DNA of 56,552 bases from positions 1 to 56,552 of the forward strand of contig JAIXPY010000087.1 of assembly GCA_027486025.1 (NCBI GenBank), given 5' to 3'. The stretch's first letter is position 1. Every line of letters begins with the position of its first letter. The translations under genes and the position numbers were made by a program. Positions 50,458 through 56,552 of the stretch are shown here, one piece after another. The notes under the pieces were generated by a model that was given only the letters and a program-made list of their open reading frames with translations, made no database searches and was not told where the DNA came from. The stretch comes from Burkholderiaceae bacterium (GTDB taxonomy: Bacteria; Pseudomonadota; Gammaproteobacteria; Burkholderiales; Burkholderiaceae).

Positions 50458-51459
50458 TTATTTCTTTTTTTGCGATTCACTTGAAAGGTTTGCTGCCAAT
50501 TGGGATCGCTGCCCTAGTGCCATCATCGGATTGATCGTCATACCCCTATGGGCAATCTCATAATGCAGGTGAGGGCTAGTGGATCTACCGGTGGATCCTA
50601 CTTCAGCAATGGCCTGCCCCCGTTTGACTTTCTCACCCTCCCGAATCAAGAACCTTTTAATGTGCGCATATTTGGAAGTAAACCCTTCAGCGTGCTCAAT
50701 AACAATAAATTGGCCATTGCCTCGGTCAAAGTCAGTTCGAGCAACTCTGCCATCGCCTGTGGCATAAATAATAGTCCCGGCCGGCGCTGAAAAGTCAACA
50801 CCAGAATGGTAAGACAGCATTTTGGTAAAAGGATCAATGCGGCTACCATAGTTGCTACTGAGACCTGCATGGTTTTCAATCGGAGAGCCCGTCGGCATGT
50901 GGCTCAGTAAGTTCAATTCTTTAAGCCAGTTAGCTTCGGTTTGCTGCAAGCGCGCATTCATGAGCGCAAGTTCTTTTACAGTGGCGGCCAGATCTTTTTC
51001 CGATAGCGGAGCAAACACACTAGTAGGATCCATCGTCTTGGATGGGGTAGTAGTCAGTGAAGCTTGATTTAATCCGCCACCCATTTCTTTTTGCAGTGCC
51101 GTCTTGATTGGTTCTGGCATCGCCAGATTGGCAAAACGGTCCTTTAGGGCATTCATCTCGGCGATGGCGGCATTCATCTTGGCAATTTCTTGCTGCAGGG
51201 TATGCAAGGTGGGTGCGCCCCCAGGGGGTTGCTCATCCAGCCAATTTTGCCGTGAGCCCAAGTGATAAAACCCCGCTGCCAAAACCAACATCACCGCCAA
51301 TAAACAGAGTAGACCAATACGGAACTGCTTTTTGGATAGATAAATTACACGCTCACTTGAGCTGACGTGGTTAGTGTCTATCCCATCTTCCTTCGAGGAA
51401 AGGCCGAGCCGATGCAGAATCATGGCTGCGAACGAGTTCCAGGCGTAGCGTGAAGACAT
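50458..51459 (-). CDS. M23-family metallopeptidase with TM and coiled-coil N-terminus
   Basis: SSNYG.R.DPF, HSGVDF, YAH, GSTGRSTSPHLHYEI. Confidence 0.92.
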   Translation of the reverse strand: MSSRYAWNSFAAMILHRLGLSSKEDGIDTNHVSSSERVIYLSKKQFRIGLLCLLAVMLVLAAGFYHLGSRQNWLDEQPPGGAPTLHTLQQEIAKMNAAIAEMNALKDRFANLAMPEPIKTALQKEMGGGLNQASLTTTPSKTMDPTSVFAPLSEKDLAATVKELALMNARLQQTEANWLKELNLLSHMPTGSPIENHAGLSSNYGSRIDPFTKMLSYHSGVDFSAPAGTIIYATGDGRVARTDFDRGNGQFIVIEHAEGFTSKYAHIKRFLIREGEKVKRGQAIAEVGSTGRSTSPHLHYEIAHRGMTINPMMALGQRSQLAANLSSESQKKK

Positions 51460-51492
51460 ACGCCATTATAGGTTTTTAGATTAAACATGCGT

Positions 51493-53442
51493 TTAGTCCG
51501 GTCCAGCGCTTAAAGCCCTGCTATCGCGTGTGCGGGTCATGTCATAGAGCCTGTACTTCCGAATCAGCATTGCGCCGCCATCCCGAATCAGAGGGGTAAA
51601 GAGTAAATTCGCACTGGAATCGCTGTGCCGTGCAAAGAAGGCATCAAACGGAATCGATAGATACACGCCCTTATCAAAACTACCTTCACCAAATTGGGCA
51701 TAGTCAACATTAGTGCGGGTAGCATAGGCTCCAATCTTGACGCCGTTCTGGAACACCCGCGATAAATCCAACGTACCGCCCACATCGCCCGCAAGGTATT
51801 TACCGTAGCTGAACTTCACTAATATATCTTGCACCCCAGTATCCCAGTAACCGGTTACGTGACCAGTGGTAACGGCGTAGTTTTGCAGTGATGTCCAGAC
51901 ATTAAATTGACGCTGGCGTACGCGGTTGATATCAGCACCCAGGGCTACTCGGCTGTTGGTGGGTCGCCAGAGGTATTCACCGCCGGCACCGGCAAACATC
52001 ATCTCTAAATATCCCGCATACGCGCTCACAAAATGATTGTCTGCAATCTTGCCAGTATTGGTGATTTGTAAATTGGGCATGGTCGCAATCGACTGCGTCA
52101 CATAAGACCGAATGTCGGTGCGAACCGGTTGCAATCCAGTCGGCGCTGGATCAATTACATACTTGCCAAAGTTATCCACTAAACGCGCATTGACGGTACC
52201 CGTGACCCAAGTATTTTCCCTAAACTTATACAGGCCATCGGCCTTCACACCCAGCGCAAACAAGAAGGGTGCATCGGGGCTACCGACAATTTGAGCGTAC
52301 GAGACACCAATATTGGTGCGGTAGGGCTTGTGATCGAGCTTATCAATCATTACTGGCTCTAAGCTGCTACCTTGATCATTTGCAATCAGACTGGGCGCAG
52401 CACTACTGGACGATCGTGACGGACCCCTAAAGAAGGGGTTGCCACCATCGGCGGGAAGTGCGGCCGTATCAACCAAGGTAATCGAAGGGTAGCGTACGGA
52501 TGGCGCTAGCAGCTGAGTTTGGCTGAGCATCCATTGCTTGCGATCGACCTGGAATTCGCTAACGAGCATGCCCCAGTTGTAAAACTGGATCTGGAAGGTT
52601 TCAATTGCACTGGGGGCATCGCGATGCAATACGGTGATGCCGCGGTTAATCCGACTACGCAAAAATACTCCACTAGCATCTTGCAAGTGCACCGTCCATA
52701 CTTTCCCGCTTCCGCGTAAGCCTTTTACTTGCCACTGCGTCTGCTGCTCAAAATCGACCAAGGTGCTGTTGTACTGAGTCGTAATAATTTGCTTTTGTAG
52801 GCCAGCAGAAGAAGAGGGTGCGTTGCGCGCATCAACACTCAATGGATTTTGAGTGCTGCCCACACTTACGTTGCTACTTGTAGAGGCAATACCTTCACTG
52901 ACCAGAGGATCAATTGCATTTTTCGCAGTTACTGCTGTGGCGGCTGGTGTAGTAGCTGGTACGGAAGCGGGCGCAGCTACTACTGTAGCTGCTGCTGCAG
53001 GAGGCGCATTGGACGCAATGAAGAGCGCCGGGTTACTAAATTGATTCGGGTTATAGGCCCCAACTGTTTTGAGATCAACCGGTAGCGCTTTGGCCTCGGC
53101 TAGTTTTGGCGTATTGAGTGTATCTAGGCGCTCGTGCAAGCTGATGGAAAACATCACTTGGCTATTGCCCAAAACACCGACCGTAAAGTCAGCGTTTTTC
53201 ATTTGATAAGTTGCGCCAAAGTTAAAGATCGACTTAATCGGCAAGGTATTGCCAAAGGGAAGCTGTTGGTAGTTATTGCCATCGACCTCGGCTTTGAGTA
53301 CGAGGTTTTTCCAAGGAGTGTGGTACTGCACGCCACCAAAGAGGGCCGCATTGCCATGAAAGTATTGCTGATTGGCGGTGCCGCCTTGGCCAACGACGGC
53401 GGCATCGCGGGTCGCTGGCCGCTTACCGTATGGTGTGAGGAA
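51493..53442 (-). pseudogene. yjbH: YjbH/GfcD-family exopolysaccharide outer-membrane protein, 5'-truncated
   Basis: ALFGGVQYHTPW, YAGYLEMMFAGAGGE.LWRP, GKYLAGDVG, FGEGSFDKG.YLSIPFD, RDGG; no signal peptide or N-terminal domain; 5' boundary approximate. Confidence 0.75.
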
Positions 53443-54439
53443 CTCTGCCAATTGGCCAAATTGGTGGCGCTTGATGTTTGTGGCGTTAGTGCTGATGATT
53501 GGGCTGCGTCATGAGGTGGGGGGCGATTGGTTCGCTTACGAAGAGTACATTTACATAGCCTCATTTGACACGCTTCAGGAGGCGATTAGTCGGGGTGATC
53601 CCGCTTACAACGCGTTGAATTGGCTGGCTGCTCGACTGGACTTAGGGTCTTATTTCGTCAATACGGTGTGTGCTGCCATATTCGCTTGGGGCCTAGTAGT
53701 GTTTTGCCGAGCGCAGCCCTTGCCTTGGCTGGCCCTTGTGGTGGCAGTGCCGTATTTGATAACCGTGGTGGCGATGGGTTACACGCGCCAAGGGGTTGCA
53801 ATTGGGCTTGTCATGATCGGCTTGGTTACCCTTACTGAGCGGAAGATTTTACGGTTTGTGATCTTCGTTTTTTTGGCGGCGACCTTCCATAAATCGGCTC
53901 TTATTATGATTCCATTGGCGCTACTGGCTAGTACCAAAAATCGACTTTGGACGGTGCTGTGGGTGGGCATTACCGCGCTTTTACTTTATGCCTTGTTTTT
54001 ACAGGAATCAGTCGATGCTCTGTATACAAACTATGTTGTAGCTGAATACGAATCAAGCGGTGCGGCGATTCGTGTGGCCATGAATGCGGTGCCGGCAATG
54101 GTGTTTTTGTTGTTCAGGCAGCGCTTTGCCATGTCTGTCAACGATCGTAAGTTTTGGACCTGGATGTCTTTGGGCGCCTTGAGCTTTGTTGGCTTACTGG
54201 TTGTATCGCCGTCCTCTACAGCGGTAGACCGTGTGGCCCTTTATTGGATACCGCTGCAGTTATTTGTGTTCTCACGCCTGCCTGATGCCATGACGCGGCG
54301 CCGTGCGCGAAACATCATCTGGATTCAGTTGGTTATTTTTTACAGCGCATCTGTACTGTTTGTTTGGTTATTTTTTGCGTCGCATTCGTATGCTTGGCTA
54401 CCCTACCAGTTTTATCCATGGGTTCTGTTGTGGCAGTGA
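53441..54439 (+). CDS. EpsG-family polysaccharide polymerase, apparently missing its first residues (next in-frame ATG 53474)
   Basis: IGLRHEVGGDW, DPAY, MGYTRQGVA, TFHKSA, STAVDR.ALY, WLPYQ. Confidence 0.8.
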   Translation, partial: NSANWPNWWRLMFVALVLMIGLRHEVGGDWFAYEEYIYIASFDTLQEAISRGDPAYNALNWLAARLDLGSYFVNTVCAAIFAWGLVVFCRAQPLPWLALVVAVPYLITVVAMGYTRQGVAIGLVMIGLVTLTERKILRFVIFVFLAATFHKSALIMIPLALLASTKNRLWTVLWVGITALLLYALFLQESVDALYTNYVVAEYESSGAAIRVAMNAVPAMVFLLFRQRFAMSVNDRKFWTWMSLGALSFVGLLVVSPSSTAVDRVALYWIPLQLFVFSRLPDAMTRRRARNIIWIQLVIFYSASVLFVWLFFASHSYAWLPYQFYPWVLLWQ

Positions 54440-55611
54440 AAGTACTCATTTGTCTCAATACGGCATGGAACCTTGTTAATTTTCGTTCTGGTTTAATCAA
54501 GGCTTTTGTGGCTCATGGATATGAAGTTGTGGCGGTGGCCCCACCAGACAAATATGTCAATCAGCTGTCTGAGCTGGGCTGTCGTTTTGTGCCGCTGCCT
54601 ATGGCAAACGGCGGCACCAACCCCCTGCATGACAGTTTGTTACTTTGGCGCTTTTGGCGATTATTCAAGCAAGAGCAACCCGATGTGTTTTTGGGCTACA
54701 CCGTAAAGCCTAATGTGTATGGCTCGCTGGCTGCGCACTGGCAGGGCATACCTGTCATCAACAACATTGCAGGACTTGGTGCGGTGTTCATCAGCGGCGG
54801 CTGGTTGGTGAATGTGGTACGTAGTCTGTACCGCATGGCCCTAGGCCGCTCGGCAAAGGTATTTTTTCAGAACCCGGATGACCGGGCGATGTTTGTGGAT
54901 AGCGGCTTAGTGCGCAACGAGGTGACTGCGCTGCTGCCAGGGTCGGGGATTGATTTGATGAGGTTTGCGCCACCTGTATTGTCGTCACAAACCGAGCTCG
55001 GTTATCTAGCAAGTCCAACTGACAAGGATTGTCATGACGATTCAATTCAATTTCGGTTTTTGCTAGTTGCCCGCATGTTGCGCGATAAGGGCGTGTACGA
55101 ATACGTTGAGGCAGCCCGGCAACTACGCCAGCGCTGGCCAAAAGTCGAGTTCTGCCTGCTTGGATTCTTGGATGTGCAAAACCCAGCAGCCATCGCTCGA
55201 CACGAGATGGATGATTGGGTGGCCGAGGGCGTGGTGAATTACCTGGGTACGAGCGATGACGTACGCACTCAGATTGCCACGGCTGATTGTATTGTGCTGC
55301 CCTCGTATCGCGAAGGCACCCCCCGTAGCCTATTAGAGGCCGCAGCCATGTCTCGTCCTATCATCACCACGAATACCGTGGGCTGTCGTGAGGTAGTGGA
55401 TGATGGCATTAATGGCTACCTTTGCAAGATGCGCGATGCTTCAGATTTGGCTGATAGGATGTCGCAGATGTTGCAATTATCTTACGCACAGCGCTCCGAG
55501 ATGGGTTTGCGTGGACGCGCCAAGATGGAAGCCGAATTTGATGAGCAAATTGTGATTGGAAAGTATCTGGCGGCAGTGCGCGAAGCTATTGGAAATACCA
55601 GTCTTAGATAA
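54436..55611 (+). CDS. GT4 glycosyltransferase (CapM/PglA-like; probable GTG start 54436)
   Basis: NFR..LI, YTVKPNVYG, FQNPDD, PGSGID, ARMLRDKGVYE, LPSYREGTPRSLLEAAAM. Confidence 0.92.
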   Translation: MKVLICLNTAWNLVNFRSGLIKAFVAHGYEVVAVAPPDKYVNQLSELGCRFVPLPMANGGTNPLHDSLLLWRFWRLFKQEQPDVFLGYTVKPNVYGSLAAHWQGIPVINNIAGLGAVFISGGWLVNVVRSLYRMALGRSAKVFFQNPDDRAMFVDSGLVRNEVTALLPGSGIDLMRFAPPVLSSQTELGYLASPTDKDCHDDSIQFRFLLVARMLRDKGVYEYVEAARQLRQRWPKVEFCLLGFLDVQNPAAIARHEMDDWVAEGVVNYLGTSDDVRTQIATADCIVLPSYREGTPRSLLEAAAMSRPIITTNTVGCREVVDDGINGYLCKMRDASDLADRMSQMLQLSYAQRSEMGLRGRAKMEAEFDEQIVIGKYLAAVREAIGNTSLR

Positions 55612-55679
55612 CCTAAGCTCCTATGAATAAGACTATATCTTTTTTATCATGAAGTAATTGTGGAATAGAATCCTGAGCT

Positions 55680-55714
55680 AAACAAAGAACCCGCCTTAGG
55701 CGGGTTCTTTGTTT
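55680..55714. terminator. Bidirectional rho-independent terminator
   Basis: AAACAAAGAACCCGCC-tta-GGCGGGTTCTTTGTTT, perfect 16-bp arms, downstream of the GT4 gene. Confidence 0.88.
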
Positions 55715-55895
55715 CTGGACTCACAATCCGCCCTTTTGAATCAAAAGATAGGGTTCTCTTGAACTAAATTCGTAACTTAAATAGCTGTAAACATATAACC
55801 CATCCATTTCCTACAAGCAATTCCATATTTACAGATAGCAAATTACCCTAGCCCTTTGTAAGCTGGTGCTCTATTTAATTCAAAAGAGCCTAGCC

Positions 55896-56027
55896 ATGCT
55901 ATCGATTGAGTACACCCACAAAAAAGCCCGTTACTTTCGGATCGAGCTCAGCGTCATGGTGCTTGCAGTCATTGGTACTGTGATTGTATTGTGGCAACTG
56001 ATATCGTGGGCGCTGCCGCTCAAATGA
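55896..56027 (+). CDS. Small 43-aa single-TM protein (absent from the ORF track)
   Basis: Manual translation MLSIEYTHKKARYFRIELSVMVLAVIGTVIVLWQLISWALPLK; AAGAG upstream. Confidence 0.45.
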   Translation: MLSIEYTHKKARYFRIELSVMVLAVIGTVIVLWQLISWALPLK

Positions 56028-56165
56028 TTTAGTAAAAGATTCTGTACTTTGTAAATCCGCACCAATACTCTGTACTGAATAGCGTTTAGCTCGGTACCTT
56101 TAAATTCTTCAAGTAAAGCAGTACGGTTGTATTACGCTTACTTGTTTATTTACTTGCTTATTTAA

Positions 56166-56552
56166 TTACTGCAGCAAGGCATTGACCGCCACTAAATCCT
56201 GATCCGTTAATGCCGCTGCTTGGGCCTTGAGTCTCAAAGCATTGAGGATGGTGTCATACCTGGCTTTATAGAGCGTTGCTCTGGTAGTAAAGAGGGCGTC
56301 CAGAGCAATGAGTACATCTAAATTAATTAAGGCGCCCACATCAAAACCCAACTGGCTCGATGCTAAAGCAGAAGCCGAGGATTTTTCTGCAGCCTCAAAT
56401 GCCCTAACGGTTGCTAAACCACCATAAAACCCGGTAAAGGCTTGGCGCGTTGCCTGAGCAGCAGTTCTACGTAGATTGTCATAATCCGATTTGGCTTTAT
56501 CCAAGAGCGCAGCCCGTTGCCGAATCACCGAGTTATTAAAGCCACCCGAAAA
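56166..56552 (-). CDS. TolC-family outer-membrane channel, C-terminal part (gene starts beyond the window)
   Basis: AL.SSQLGFDVG..INLDVL.A...L..ARYD...LRLK..A.L...DL..VN.LL. Confidence 0.88.
   Translation of the reverse strand, partial: FSGGFNNSVIRQRAALLDKAKSDYDNLRRTAAQATRQAFTGFYGGLATVRAFEAAEKSSASALASSQLGFDVGALINLDVLIALDALFTTRATLYKARYDTILNALRLKAQAAALTDQDLVAVNALLQ

Noticed and set aside
53372-53451. Genuine antisense-overlapping 5' ends of yjbH and epsG as given in the ORF track
   Set aside because: The TTG starts at 53372 and 53451 are read-through into the other gene's antisense strand across the junction, and the extra residues do not resemble either family

Overview
Betaproteobacterial chromosomal window. 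Gene order and protein style suggest Burkholderiaceae, most likely Polynucleobacter (inference). It has three parts. (1) 1-17.4 kb: a core backbone (proA end, hemJ, THUMP methyltransferase, rubredoxin, hemL, apaH, photolyase, ElyC/YdcF-like, yqgE, ruvX, pyrR, pyrB) interrupted by about seven small toxin-antitoxin/defence-type cassettes (orphan XRE, RES-Xre, AAA+/DUF4143, Phd-Doc, NYN+DUF1640, orphan RHH antitoxin, AbiE-like pair). Several carry palindromic operator-like sites, and no integrase or transposase is present. (2) 17.4-50.3 kb: a surface-glycan island with rmlBDAC, waaC, manC, several glycosyltransferases and a decayed FkbM gene. Its AT-rich core operon (rfbF, rfbG, NeuB-like, SDR, dehydroquinate-synthase-like, extended SDR, ThDP enzyme, GtrA, methyltransferase, GT2) is flanked by four GT-C-like membrane proteins and is best explained as a pathway for an unusual higher-carbon branched or carbocyclic sugar attached via a lipid carrier (inference). 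(3) 50.4-56.5 kb: an M23 peptidase, a junction where 5'-truncated yjbH and epsG genes are fused back to back (deletion scar or misassembly), a GT4, a strong terminator, a small membrane peptide and the 3' end of a TolC-family gene. All family assignments come from motif recognition; no database search was run.
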